Source of the DNA: Clostridia bacterium
GTDB lineage: Bacteria; Bacillota; Clostridia; UBA1212; DUPL01
Assembly: GCA_050951325.1 (NCBI GenBank)
Contig: JBMNIW010000012.1
Location: forward strand, 224,001 to 288,000
Direction of reading: 5' to 3'
Length of the DNA stretch: 64,000 bases
The notes under the pieces are model-generated. The model searched no databases, was not told the DNA's origin, and saw nothing but the letters and a program-made list of their open reading frames with translations. Position 1 is the first letter of the stretch; every line of letters begins with the position of its first letter. The position numbers and the translations under genes are program-made. Below, piece after piece: positions 37,145 to 47,397 of the stretch.

Positions 37145-38356
37145 ATGAAATACCCTATTTGTTTCTGGAACACCAACACTCTGGAAAACTGTGTGCCAAA
37201 TCTTGTTGAAACATGGCATGATTTAGGCATAACCGTTGCCATGTCCCCAAGCTACAAAAGAGACGACAAGTATAAAATGCTGAAAATTCTTGATGAGGCT
37301 CAGGACTTTGGCATCAAGGTTATTTTGTGCGACTATAGGACCCATTGGAAGGTCCTTACAAGCAATGGACAGGATGAGTACAGACTTCTTGCAGAAGAAG
37401 CTCATGCGGATTACGGTCATCACCCTGCCGTTTTTGGTTTTTTTATCGGAGACGAGCCTGAGGCACATCAGATTGATGACGCATTATGTGCAATGCGCAT
37501 TCACCAGGAAATTTCCCCGGATTTGACAGCGTATCTAAATCTTCTTCCCTGGTTTGACTGGATAGGCGAAAGGATGGGAACGGACGCACTGGCTCCATAT
37601 CTTGACAGAGTTAAGAATGAAGGCAATGCAAAACTTCTATCCTATGACTGCTACACCCAAATGTGGGAAGGCGAAAGAGGTTACGATGATTATTTCAACA
37701 ACTTGAGGGAGTACTACCTGGCAACAAAAAGACTCAATACCCCTTATTGGAACATAGTTCTTGCCACCGGCCATTATTACTATCGTTGCCCTTCAAAGAT
37801 TGATATGATGTGGCAGTTCAATACGTCAGTTGCTCATGGTGCTTCTGGTGTATCCTGGTTCTATATTCACCAGACGGACCTGTGGGATAATTACCGTAAT
37901 GCAGCAATAAATCCCCTTGGTGAAAGAACACAAACCTTTTATGATCTCTCAGAAGTAAATAGAATGTTCAACGCATACTGCGGATATGTAATTACAAAGC
38001 TCAAAATTGATAAATGCTTTCATGTGGAAAAGGCCTATGGCGGCAACGAGCTGTTCACACCTTTTGACAATGTATTGTCGGTATCTTCTGAGAACAAAAC
38101 CCCACTGATTTTCTCCAGCTTCAAGGATGAAGAGGGCAGAACCTACTATATTGTTTGCTGCAACTCTATTAAAAACAACACTCTAGCAACCATAAAAGTC
38201 AAAGATACTGTTAGACTGGAGAAATGTTTGATGGGAGGAAGGTTCGTACCGATTAGACCTCATACGGATCCAATAGGCCATAGGGAAGGACAGAGCGCTC
38301 ACTCAGTCAATATCTGGCTGGCACCAGGTCAGCTTGTTTTGTTAAGGGAGGCGTAA
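37145..38356 (+). CDS. Uncharacterised TIM-barrel glycoside hydrolase-like protein (clan GH-A-like)
   Basis: LDEAQDFGIKVIL, HHPAVFGFFIGDEP, LSYDCY and AHGASGVSWF; no signal peptide. Confidence 0.55.
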   Translation: MKYPICFWNTNTLENCVPNLVETWHDLGITVAMSPSYKRDDKYKMLKILDEAQDFGIKVILCDYRTHWKVLTSNGQDEYRLLAEEAHADYGHHPAVFGFFIGDEPEAHQIDDALCAMRIHQEISPDLTAYLNLLPWFDWIGERMGTDALAPYLDRVKNEGNAKLLSYDCYTQMWEGERGYDDYFNNLREYYLATKRLNTPYWNIVLATGHYYYRCPSKIDMMWQFNTSVAHGASGVSWFYIHQTDLWDNYRNAAINPLGERTQTFYDLSEVNRMFNAYCGYVITKLKIDKCFHVEKAYGGNELFTPFDNVLSVSSENKTPLIFSSFKDEEGRTYYIVCCNSIKNNTLATIKVKDTVRLEKCLMGGRFVPIRPHTDPIGHREGQSAHSVNIWLAPGQLVLLREA

Positions 38357-38359
38357 TTA

Positions 38360-38545
38360 ATGCCGGAGAAAATAAAAAAGTTACTCAAAAAAACACCAGT
38401 ATTGCCTGAGCGAGCCAGAGAAAAACTTGTTCATGGCAGATACATATATTATGGAAGTCAACAACGGAGGTTTTGATCAGTACTTATTAAATACTGATGG
38501 CAAATATGCCAGTGACACACTTTCCTTCCTTGAAAAGGTTGAACC
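38360..38545 (+). pseudogene. Truncated DUF4375/DMP19-like gene fragment
   Basis: MEVNNGGFDQYLLN motif. The upstream ATG is out of frame across an A7 run, and similarity ends at the hairpin 38546-38570. Confidence 0.55.
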
Positions 38546-38570
38546 AATGGAGGCACTTTTTGCCTCCATT
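38546..38570. terminator. Terminator hairpin between convergent genes
   Basis: AATGGAGGCA-ctttt-TGCCTCCATT. Confidence 0.6.
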
Positions 38571-39289
38571 CATTTATACCTTGACTCAATATCCTTCCAC
38601 TTCTTGTCCTCGAAAAACTGTTGGACCACCATTGGTATGGACAGATTATCTATGCAAACGTCCATAAAGTCTACTCCAATAGCTTGTCCTTCCGTTTTGA
38701 GCTTTTCCAGGGCAGTGCCTTCCAGAGATCTGTATGAGTTTATTATATCAGCCACACCCAGTCCTGCTTCCTGCATGCTCTCTCCCACTGCCCTTGCCAC
38801 ATAGCCGCTTAAATGCACCATTATGTTGCAGGTAAAGTATTTTTTCTTTTTTACAAAAACTTCAGACACAAACTTGTATGCGTCCTCTATTCTAAATGAG
38901 AACTTGCCAAATGCTCTTAATTGTACATGCTTTAAATTATTGTCCTTTATTGAAACTGCCTCCTTGTTGGACCAGGACTTGCTTGCAAAAGGTTTTTGAT
39001 TCAGTATATAGAGGTCTATATCTACAACCGATTTGAGCCCTTTGGTAAAACACTCTTTCAATTCAGGGAAAACATCCGGCAGAAGATAATATGTACCTGG
39101 TCTCAGTACAGAATATAATACATCATCCTTGACTATGAAAGCACTTTGATTTTTCCGGATACGAATTTTGGTTCCTTTCCTAATATATGTTCCGGGTTTG
39201 TTGTGCTTAAACAAGATAATGTTGTCTCCAATATTTCTATGCTCTATAGTATCTCCTATTAGTTTGTACACGGTCTTTCTAAAGTTCAA
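38570..39289 (-). CDS. SPFH/Band-7 (YdjI-like) domain protein
   Basis: GTKIRIRKNQSAF, LRPGTYYL, VQLRAFGKFSFRI and IDNLSIP; divergent paralog of 24119-25342. Confidence 0.72.
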   Translation of the reverse strand: MNFRKTVYKLIGDTIEHRNIGDNIILFKHNKPGTYIRKGTKIRIRKNQSAFIVKDDVLYSVLRPGTYYLLPDVFPELKECFTKGLKSVVDIDLYILNQKPFASKSWSNKEAVSIKDNNLKHVQLRAFGKFSFRIEDAYKFVSEVFVKKKKYFTCNIMVHLSGYVARAVGESMQEAGLGVADIINSYRSLEGTALEKLKTEGQAIGVDFMDVCIDNLSIPMVVQQFFEDKKWKDIESRYK

Positions 39290-39496
39290 GTTTCCGCCCT
39301 CCCCGAACCTTTTCTTTCATTATATATAATTCGTAAAATTTTTCAATATCTTGATAAAACGCTACAAAATCAATAAAATAATACAAAATTAAATAAATGT
39401 GATATAATACTTATTAAACATAACCTCTATGTACGAATGACATTTCTCAATATATTATTGTTTGATATATTTTTACTTAAGGAGTTAGTTTGAATT

Positions 39497-41581
39497 ATGG
39501 AGAATAAGAAGGGCCTCTTGATAATAACTACAATATCGATGCTGATACTGCTTACAGTCGCCATATTATTTCCCAGGAAACCTGCTGAAGCTGAAAACAT
39601 ACAATATATAAATGCCATGGAAAAAATATCGGACACCCAGTTGGGCAAGCTTTCTCCCACAGCCCAGGTGGACATGTCTGTTTTTTTGGATACAGCAATA
39701 CCCTATCTAACATTTGAACACGGAGAAGATGCAAGCAAGGTAGCTTTAAAACATGGATATGTAAAAAGTATTGGAAAAGAAGTATTAAGAAGGAACGATG
39801 CGCTGGACATTCTCTTCAAGATAACAGGAGTAAAACTTCCCAAAAATGCAGACTTGTTGGATATTGCCAAAAGACTTGAGATAATAACCGACAAGGACAA
39901 GTCGTTGCATGAAAACAACAAATTGTCTGCCAGCGAAGCCTGCTATCTTATAGTCAACACCAAAAAAGCATGGCATAACACACTTGAAAGCGACACAAGC
40001 AAGAAAGATATAGATGTATTAAATTTCTATTTCACTGCTTCTGATTTCATATTCTCCGAAGACGGCAGGATACTTTGGTACAATGACGAAGGCGGTGCAT
40101 TGAATGCATTAAACACTCAGGACGGTTCCTTTTCAGTTATAACCAAACCGGAGGATCCAGAACTGGAAACCTATCCGGAAGGCAACAATACGAAGATTGT
40201 AAACATATATGACAACAATGGCGTTTTAAGAGCAGTCCAGGTTGAAGAGTATCTTAAACCCGGCTACATTGTGGACAAATATATTCTCTACAGGGCTAAT
40301 GAAAATGATGAGTTTAGAAAAATTGTTGAGTTTGACCTGAGCACGAACAAACGATATGAGATTATCGGCTTCTCGGAAGACAACACTAAGCTTTTTGTTA
40401 AAACAAACTTTTATGACAACTACATAACCATCTATGAAATTGACCCCGGTTCGGAGTCAAGGCAGGTTGTGTATAAAAACAGGAATGCAGACATAGTGGA
40501 CAGCGTAATTGCACACAGCATAGGCTTTGTCTCCACCGACATATTTCACCCTGTGACAAAGAAACTTCTTTCAACCATATATATTGATGACAAGCCCCGT
40601 CTGGTAACCCTGGACGATGAATTTGAAAAGATAATGGCAAATGTAAGGGAAGATTTTGATACCAATACTTTTCCAGTAACGGTCTCGTTCGACCTTAACT
40701 ACATGGTGCTGATGCACAGAGACCACCGTGACCTTGGAACGTATTACCTTTACAACACAAAAACCAGGTCATCCAAGGTTTTGGCTTCTCCTCAAATAGA
40801 TGCCGAATCCCTGGGAATAACCCTTCCAATATCCTTCAAGGCATCAGACGGAGAGACAATTTATGGCTATCTGACTTTACCAAAGGGAAAGAAGCCTGAT
40901 AACCTTCCCTTGATGGTAAATGTGCACAGCGGTCCCTCATCAAGGTTTGGCTGGACACCTTCGGTGGAAACCATCTTGGCATCAGACGCAGGTTACGCAG
41001 TTCTGTCAGTAAACAGCAGGATATCCACCGGTTATGGAAATGAGTACATTGACTTTGCAGTAAAAGACCTTCTTTTGCCTCAGAAAGACATACGAGAGGC
41101 TGTGGACTGGGCAATAGAAACAGGAATTGCAGACAGTAAAAATATAAGCATAATGGGGCATTCCTACGGAGGATTCTCTGCCCTTTATCAGGCAGGAGTG
41201 TATCCCAGCATGTACAAGTCTGTAATTGCCATGATGGGTGTCTGGGATTGGACGGACTTAGGTAATGAGCTGGCCGAAGAAGAAGAACTTCCTGTTTGGT
41301 ACAAGAGATTTGCACCCGTTCCTGAATCCGAACTAGCCACCGTATTGTCACCGTCAACTTATGTAGACAGAATCAAGATGCCCATATTTATAGTATACTC
41401 AGGCAAGGATGAGGTTGTTTATCCATCCCAGAACATAAGGGCGATACTTGAACTTTCAGCAAACGGCAATACTCCTGAAAGCCTTTATCTTACTGAAGAA
41501 GGTCATTTTCCGGAGAATATAAGCAGTCGCAAGATGATAATAAGTCACTTGAGTGAGTTTTTGAATAAAAATATTAATTGA
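39497..41581 (+). CDS. Membrane-anchored S9-family peptidase
   Basis: N-terminal TM helix, IYGYLTLP, VHSGP, GHSYGG nucleophile, D-x-x-V and EGH motifs. Confidence 0.88.
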   Translation: MENKKGLLIITTISMLILLTVAILFPRKPAEAENIQYINAMEKISDTQLGKLSPTAQVDMSVFLDTAIPYLTFEHGEDASKVALKHGYVKSIGKEVLRRNDALDILFKITGVKLPKNADLLDIAKRLEIITDKDKSLHENNKLSASEACYLIVNTKKAWHNTLESDTSKKDIDVLNFYFTASDFIFSEDGRILWYNDEGGALNALNTQDGSFSVITKPEDPELETYPEGNNTKIVNIYDNNGVLRAVQVEEYLKPGYIVDKYILYRANENDEFRKIVEFDLSTNKRYEIIGFSEDNTKLFVKTNFYDNYITIYEIDPGSESRQVVYKNRNADIVDSVIAHSIGFVSTDIFHPVTKKLLSTIYIDDKPRLVTLDDEFEKIMANVREDFDTNTFPVTVSFDLNYMVLMHRDHRDLGTYYLYNTKTRSSKVLASPQIDAESLGITLPISFKASDGETIYGYLTLPKGKKPDNLPLMVNVHSGPSSRFGWTPSVETILASDAGYAVLSVNSRISTGYGNEYIDFAVKDLLLPQKDIREAVDWAIETGIADSKNISIMGHSYGGFSALYQAGVYPSMYKSVIAMMGVWDWTDLGNELAEEEELPVWYKRFAPVPESELATVLSPSTYVDRIKMPIFIVYSGKDEVVYPSQNIRAILELSANGNTPESLYLTEEGHFPENISSRKMIISHLSEFLNKNIN

Positions 41582-41605
41582 CGCAAGGGGTACGATAGTG
41601 TAGAA

Positions 41606-42922
41606 ATGCAAAAAAGACTAAAAAACTTCAAATTCCTGCTATTAAGTTTTGTAGTAGGTACGATAGTTCTCATCTACATAGTTGTATATCTGCCTGTTCA
41701 CAGTGAACTGGCCGTCATGTTTAATAAAACCTTTTGGCAATCTTCGCAGGATTATGGCTCAATGATAAACCATACCCTGGAAGACTGCATAAGGGATGCT
41801 GCGTATTTGTCCAGCAACCACACCATGCTTACTCAGATAGAAGACTACGAAGCAAATAACATATCCTTCGAAGCGTTAAAAGAACAACTACAACAGGTAT
41901 ATGGAAACTTTGCTATTAAAATTGACAGACTGACAAGTGCCGCAAGGTATCTTGGCAATTATGTTGTCTGCTCATACAATGACGGGACCAGTTATGATAT
42001 TTCGCCAGACAATGATTTTCTTTTTAATGGCAACAACACCTACTTCAAGGTATATTCTCCAATTTACTCAAACAACAAGCAAATTGGTTTTGATATTATA
42101 ATATTTGACATAACAGGTATGTTAAGAACCAGAACACATGTATCAAAAATAACAAGCCCTGAAGCAGTGAAGAAAATTGTTGACAACAAAACAATATATC
42201 AAACAAGTAACAAAACATTATATTATGACAGAAACGGAATCATATACACAGAAGAAATAACTGGTATGGAGTATTACCTCTATATAACAGCCGACAACGA
42301 GACTCTTTACAAGCCCTTAAGAAGTATTGCCATATACTTTTTCATTGGCCTTGCTGCATCCTTGTCGTTAATTGCCCTGCTTACAAACTTCCTTGTTGTA
42401 AAAAGGGCAGGAAGAATGATTGCCATTAGTGAAAAAAGAGGAGAAATGTACAAAAAAGATTCCATGCTGGATCCACTTTCAGGGGCGTATTCAAGACGAT
42501 TCTTTGAGGAGTGGATTAAGAAGGAGTCAATAAGCAACTCTAAGGAAAATTTCCACTACACAATGGTGCTGCTTGACGTGGACCGTTTCAAGCAGATCAA
42601 CGACTCCTGCGGACATTTAAGTGGAGACGAGGCAATAAAAATTGTGGGTTCGGCTTTGTTTTCCTGCGTCCGTACTACGGATTATGTTATTCGCTATGGA
42701 GGAGACGAGTTTATGCTTCTTTTGAATGAATGCAGCGAATCCCAAGCAGAGGACATCATGTACAGAGTTTGTGACAAATTAAGAAAAATTGATACTGTTC
42801 CGTTTGAAATATCGATTTCCTATGGGATTCAGGAAATCAAATCAAGAAATGACATATTAAAGGCCATGAATCAGGCAGATAAGAAAATGTACGAAGCGAA
42901 AAAGACAAAAAACATCTCATAG
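41606..42922 (+). CDS. Sensor diguanylate cyclase
   Basis: Two TM helices around an extracellular domain; DPLSG, DVDRFKQIND, RTTD I-site and RYGGDEF. Confidence 0.92.
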   Translation: MQKRLKNFKFLLLSFVVGTIVLIYIVVYLPVHSELAVMFNKTFWQSSQDYGSMINHTLEDCIRDAAYLSSNHTMLTQIEDYEANNISFEALKEQLQQVYGNFAIKIDRLTSAARYLGNYVVCSYNDGTSYDISPDNDFLFNGNNTYFKVYSPIYSNNKQIGFDIIIFDITGMLRTRTHVSKITSPEAVKKIVDNKTIYQTSNKTLYYDRNGIIYTEEITGMEYYLYITADNETLYKPLRSIAIYFFIGLAASLSLIALLTNFLVVKRAGRMIAISEKRGEMYKKDSMLDPLSGAYSRRFFEEWIKKESISNSKENFHYTMVLLDVDRFKQINDSCGHLSGDEAIKIVGSALFSCVRTTDYVIRYGGDEFMLLLNECSESQAEDIMYRVCDKLRKIDTVPFEISISYGIQEIKSRNDILKAMNQADKKMYEAKKTKNIS

Positions 42923-42956
42923 AAAAAACCATATCTCCAAGAGATACGGTTTTTTA
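42922..42956. terminator. Bidirectional terminator
   Basis: AAAAAACCATATCTC-caa-GAGATACGGTTTTTT. Confidence 0.7.
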
Positions 42957-42962
42957 TTTATA

Positions 42963-43199
42963 TCAAGTTTCGCCTCTTTCACGAGCCAGAGCCTCATCCC
43001 TGATTTCCTCCCTCATGCCTTCAAGGGCATGACGCCTTCTTTCATTCTTCTCTATAAGTGCCTGTTTCAGATTCTCATCGGAGGATTTTGCAATCAACTC
43101 ATCAGCAAGCTCCATGTTCTGTATGGTTCTGTTAATGTTGTACTGGATTTTTTCCACATTATCGCTTCTGTCATCCGGTTTAGGCTTCTTTTTTGACAT
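42963..43199 (-). CDS. tlp: Small acid-soluble spore protein Tlp
   Basis: KPDDRSDNVEKIQ...TIQNM...KNERR...MREEIRDE signature. Confidence 0.92.
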   Translation of the reverse strand: MSKKKPKPDDRSDNVEKIQYNINRTIQNMELADELIAKSSDENLKQALIEKNERRRHALEGMREEIRDEALARERGET

Positions 43200-43310
43200 T
43201 TCATCCCCTCCTTTTACTTGTTCTTTTAATATTTTTTCAAGATGAATAGAAAAATATTTGTGAAAGATTATGTTAATAAAAAACCAGGAGGCAATACTCC
43301 TGGTTCTCCA

Positions 43311-43604
43311 TTAATCCCTTTTTATTTTCCTTCTTGTCAATGATATTCCTCCAAATCCGGATATAATTGCTATATAAAAGCCGAAGTCATACCACCAGCC
43401 TGTATTTGCCACCTCATACACCCTTAAATCCTTGTTGAATATACCACCAATCAGAGATATTGGCGCAATCCAGCCGTGCCATACTCCCCAGAAAAAGCCT
43501 GCCTTGTTTTCCTCATTATGCTTGCCATCTCCAGGAATGCAGCCTGCCAGCATCACCATTAGAATCAAGGACATCAAAACAATCAACACTATCTTTCTTT
43601 TCAA
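43311..43604 (-). CDS. Small membrane lipoprotein, conserved hypothetical
   Basis: AAGGGGA RBS + TTG, lipobox LAGC, GFFWGVWHGWIAP and NTGWWYDFGF; followed by terminator 43279-43308. Confidence 0.7.
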   Translation of the reverse strand: MKRKIVLIVLMSLILMVMLAGCIPGDGKHNEENKAGFFWGVWHGWIAPISLIGGIFNKDLRVYEVANTGWWYDFGFYIAIISGFGGISLTRRKIKRD

Positions 43605-43626
43605 ATTAATTCCCCTTTTCCATATG

Positions 43627-44871
43627 TTATCTAAACTGCTTGGGCGTATAACCCGTATATCTCTTAAAAATTTTGGTAAAGTAGCTTTGGCTCTCAAAGC
43701 CTGTAGCTATTGCAATATCTATAATTGAGTAATCGGTGTTTGAAAGAAGTCTTTTGCTTTCTTCCACTCTTATCATATTCAGATACTCCTTGAAAGTAGA
43801 CCCGGTACATTCCTTGAACAGTGTTGAGAAATAGGAGGAACTCAAGTGTACAACTGAAGCAACCTCCTCAAGGGTAATCTGTCTCGAAAAGTTCTTTGTA
43901 ATATATTTGATTGCATTCTTGATAACCTCGCTGTTCTTTGAAGGAATCTGATGGAACATGGCTTCTGTAAACTCAATAACCACTTCCTGCAGTCTGTAGC
44001 ACAAATCTTCCAGATTGTTTATCTGCTGTATTGTTCTAAGGAAATAATTATTCATTTTTAGAATCCTGTCCGTGGCGGCTCCTCCTTCAATTGCAGCACG
44101 GGATAAAAGCGAGCTAAGTTCAACAGCTCTGGTCTTTATGGCGTCAAGATTGTTTCCTTCTGAGAAAAATACATATCCCAACAGGTCATTCAAAATACCC
44201 TTCGCATCCGCTATGTTGCCCAGTTTTACCTTTGTTATTAGTTCCTTTTCCTTTTCATAAGGATAGTTTGAACCTTCACTCTCGATATCCTTATACATCT
44301 GTATGGATTCGCCTATTCTCGCCTGCTGGTGTAACTTTATCTGCTTTATATTTGGCTTTTTCTTCTTTTCCGTAAGGTCATGGCACAAATAATTAAGGAG
44401 CCTTGCAGCATGGGTGACATGCGTAGGCGGCATTATTTTCACATTTGACAATTCATCATACATGTCAAATTGCGCATTCGTCGGTATATTGTATTTCTTC
44501 CCAATATCCTGTATCAATGTGGAATCAGGCTTGTCAAGCAAAAAGGGCCCTGCAAGTATTGAACCTACAACAGTTCCATTGTTCAAAAGAGGAAGTATTA
44601 TATGATTAAGGTTGCCATTGCAGGTAAAGATATATGACTCTCCCAGATTTTTTGCGAGATCGCTTGCACGAGTGTAGGTTTTTTCGCACAAACCCTCAGG
44701 TTGATACTTTTTTATGGTCTTACAGTATCTGCATGTGTCTCCATAATACTTTACCCGAATCCCTTCCTTGTCAAGAAGGGCTATGGGAAGATCTATGCAT
44801 ATGTAAAAGGATTCAAGTATTTCGTTAACCTGCTCCCGGTCCACGAATTCGTAAATTGAATGGGTTGACAT
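43627..44871 (-). CDS. PocR sensor-domain AraC-family regulator
   Basis: N-terminal PocR (CRYC...C...YIFTCNGNL...GPFL); C-terminal AraC HTH (GFESQSYFTKIFKRYTGYTP). Confidence 0.9.
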   Translation of the reverse strand: MSTHSIYEFVDREQVNEILESFYICIDLPIALLDKEGIRVKYYGDTCRYCKTIKKYQPEGLCEKTYTRASDLAKNLGESYIFTCNGNLNHIILPLLNNGTVVGSILAGPFLLDKPDSTLIQDIGKKYNIPTNAQFDMYDELSNVKIMPPTHVTHAARLLNYLCHDLTEKKKKPNIKQIKLHQQARIGESIQMYKDIESEGSNYPYEKEKELITKVKLGNIADAKGILNDLLGYVFFSEGNNLDAIKTRAVELSSLLSRAAIEGGAATDRILKMNNYFLRTIQQINNLEDLCYRLQEVVIEFTEAMFHQIPSKNSEVIKNAIKYITKNFSRQITLEEVASVVHLSSSYFSTLFKECTGSTFKEYLNMIRVEESKRLLSNTDYSIIDIAIATGFESQSYFTKIFKRYTGYTPKQFR

Positions 44872-45026
44872 GCTTTCGTCCTCCAGTACATTTTAATGAA
44901 TATATTATATCATAAAATATTACAAAAAAACTACATTCATAAAATCGTTATATAAATAAAAAAATAATACAAAAAGCCAGAATGCCCAAAGAATATAATA
45001 TACTCTGCAAAGGTTAAGGTGATTTT

Positions 45027-45974
45027 ATGAAAGACAAAATAGATCTGTACATAGTATCCGGTTTTTTGGGAAGTGGCAAGACCACCTTTCTGAAAAACAT
45101 GCTTTTTAATTTTGATAAAAAGAAAACAGGAGTTCTTGTAAATGAGTTCGGAGCAGTAAATATTGACTCTGTACGTTTGTCCGGTGACACCATAAAAATG
45201 GTGGAGATAAACAACGGCTCCATATTCTGCAGCTGCTTAAAAGGCGATTTTATAAAAGCGCTCATAGCCTTTTCGAATGAGGACATTGAATACTTATTTA
45301 TTGAAAACTCAGGTCTTGCAGACCCTTCAAACATGAGACAAATACTTAAGGAAATCAGCGAAAAGACAAACAAGACATACGAGTACAAAGGAGCCATATG
45401 TGTTGTTGATGCTACATCCTTTTTGAAACATGTAGCTGTTCTTCCTCCCGTTCAAAACCAGGTTGCCCATTCAAGCTTCATTGTTTTGAGCAAAACCGAC
45501 AGAGTTAACAAAGAGCAAATAACTGATGTTACGAATAAACTAAAGGAGATAAACCCTCATGCATACGTGTATGAGACCATCTATGCGGAAGTCCCTCTTT
45601 CCGTTTTGGATGAGAAGCTGACAGTTACAACCCATGAAGGAGAAACATCAAACAAGCCATGGAACAGAATAAGCACATATGCGCTTGAAACTGAGGAAGA
45701 CGTATCCATTGAGGAATTAACCAGGTTTGTTGAAGAAATAAAGGATTTTGCATACAGAATAAAAGGTTATGTAAAGGATAAGAAAAAATGGATTTCAGTG
45801 GATGTTACCGAATTGGATGTCAGAATCAACGAAACATCTTTAACCAGAAGAGATATCCTAAAACATACAAGATTGGTTGTCATATCAAAAAGTACTGAGT
45901 GTATTTTAGATAAAATTAAAGAAACAACAAAAAATACAATGCCAACGAAAAGCATTGAGATATATGAAGGTTAG
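45027..45974 (+). CDS. CobW/COG0523-family GTPase metallochaperone
   Basis: GFLGSGKTT, NEFG, GSIFCSC, ENSGLADP and SKTD motifs. Confidence 0.92.
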   Translation: MKDKIDLYIVSGFLGSGKTTFLKNMLFNFDKKKTGVLVNEFGAVNIDSVRLSGDTIKMVEINNGSIFCSCLKGDFIKALIAFSNEDIEYLFIENSGLADPSNMRQILKEISEKTNKTYEYKGAICVVDATSFLKHVAVLPPVQNQVAHSSFIVLSKTDRVNKEQITDVTNKLKEINPHAYVYETIYAEVPLSVLDEKLTVTTHEGETSNKPWNRISTYALETEEDVSIEELTRFVEEIKDFAYRIKGYVKDKKKWISVDVTELDVRINETSLTRRDILKHTRLVVISKSTECILDKIKETTKNTMPTKSIEIYEG

Positions 45975-45985
45975 GAGAGTAGAAA

Positions 45986-47349
45986 ATGAATAAAAAACAA
46001 CTTGTGCTGGACAGCATACATAACAAGGAAACCGAAAGAGTGCCATGGGTGCCTTTTGTCGGATGCCATGCGGCAAGTCTGATTGGTGTAACCGCAGATG
46101 AATATTTCATTGATGCAGATTTGATTGTAAAGGGTGTTAAGAAAGCGTACGAGGAATATGATCCGGACGGTCTGCCAGTTCTTTTTGACCTGCAGGTGGA
46201 GGCGGAGGCTTTGGGCTGTGAACTGGTTTACGCCAAAGACAATCCACCTGCAGTAAGGACTCACGTCCTGGAAGAAGGCAAAGAACTGTCCGATCTAAAA
46301 ATTCCTACAGAGAAGGATGGCAGATTTCCCATCGTATTGGACGCAACAAGGAGAATAGTAAAGGAACTGGGGGACAAGATAGCTCTTTACGGCCTTGTGA
46401 CAGGACCATTCACACTGGCTCTTCACTTGAAAGGCACGGATATCTTCTACGACATGCTGGATGATCCGGATGAAGTTCATGCCGTAATGGAATTCTGTAA
46501 AGAAGTGTGCATCAAAACTTCTAAAATGTATATGGATGCAGGCGTTGACATTATAGCTTTGGTTGATCCCATGACCAGTCAGATTTCTTCCGATAGCTTT
46601 GAGGAATTTGTATCTCCATACGCAACGGGAATATTTGACTTTGTAAGACAGTCAGGCAAAAGCTCCAGCTTCTTTGTGTGCGGAAATGCAAAAAGGAACA
46701 TAGAAGCAATGTGCAAAACAAAGCCTGACAACGTATCAATAGATGAAAACATTCCTCTTGACTATGTAATAGACATTTGCAAATCCTATGGAATATCCGT
46801 TGGTGGAAACATAAAACTTACACTGACCATGCTTTTTGGAACACCAATGGATAATGTAAATGATGCAAGAACATGCATGGAAATAGGCGGTAAGAAAGGA
46901 TACATTCTTTCACCTGGATGCGATATGCCGTTTGCTACACCTCCTGAGAATGTAAAAGCAATAACAAGCTACGTTCACGGCAACATTACCGAGATGTTTG
47001 AAAGCGAGGATGTTATGGAGGGCGTGGATTACGTTCTGCCTGATTACGAGAAGGAGGATAAGGTTATAATTGATGTAATAACGCTCGACTCGGAAAGCTG
47101 CGCTCCCTGCCAGTACACCATGGAAGCAGTCATACTGGCTGCAGAGCCGATTAAGGACAAGGTCAACAATTGTTGAGCACAAAATCAAGAACAAGGAAGG
47201 CGTTGCCTGCATGTTGAAAGCTTGGCGCAAGCAACATTCCAACCATTTGCGTTGACGGCAGGATTGAATATGTAAGTATCTTGCCCGACAACAATGAACT
47301 TACCAAATGTTTTATGAACAGGGCTATAGAAAAAGGACTTATCAGTTAA
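45986..47349 (+). CDS. UROD/MtaA-CmuA-family methyltransferase with C-terminal thioredoxin-like domain (two +1 insertions near the 3' end)
   Basis: EAEALGC, GPFTLA, DPMTSQIS, GGNI and SPGCD motifs, then SESCAPCQY. Removing extra A bases at ~47165 and ~47218 restores KVTIVEHKIKNKEGVACMLKLGASNIPTICVDG...KGLIS-stop (47347-47349). Confidence 0.82.
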
Positions 47350-47366
47350 TATATCACTTCTTTTGG

Positions 47367-47397
47367 TAAAAGAGAGGCGGTTCCGCCTCTCTTTTTA
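47367..47397. terminator. Bidirectional terminator
   Basis: AAAAGAGAGGCGG-tt-CCGCCTCTCTTTTT. Confidence 0.75.

Noticed and set aside
47160-47225. Programmed frameshifting to append the thioredoxin tail
   Set aside because: It would need two successive shifts without a slippery heptamer, and it lies in the insertion-rich, probably erroneous segment.
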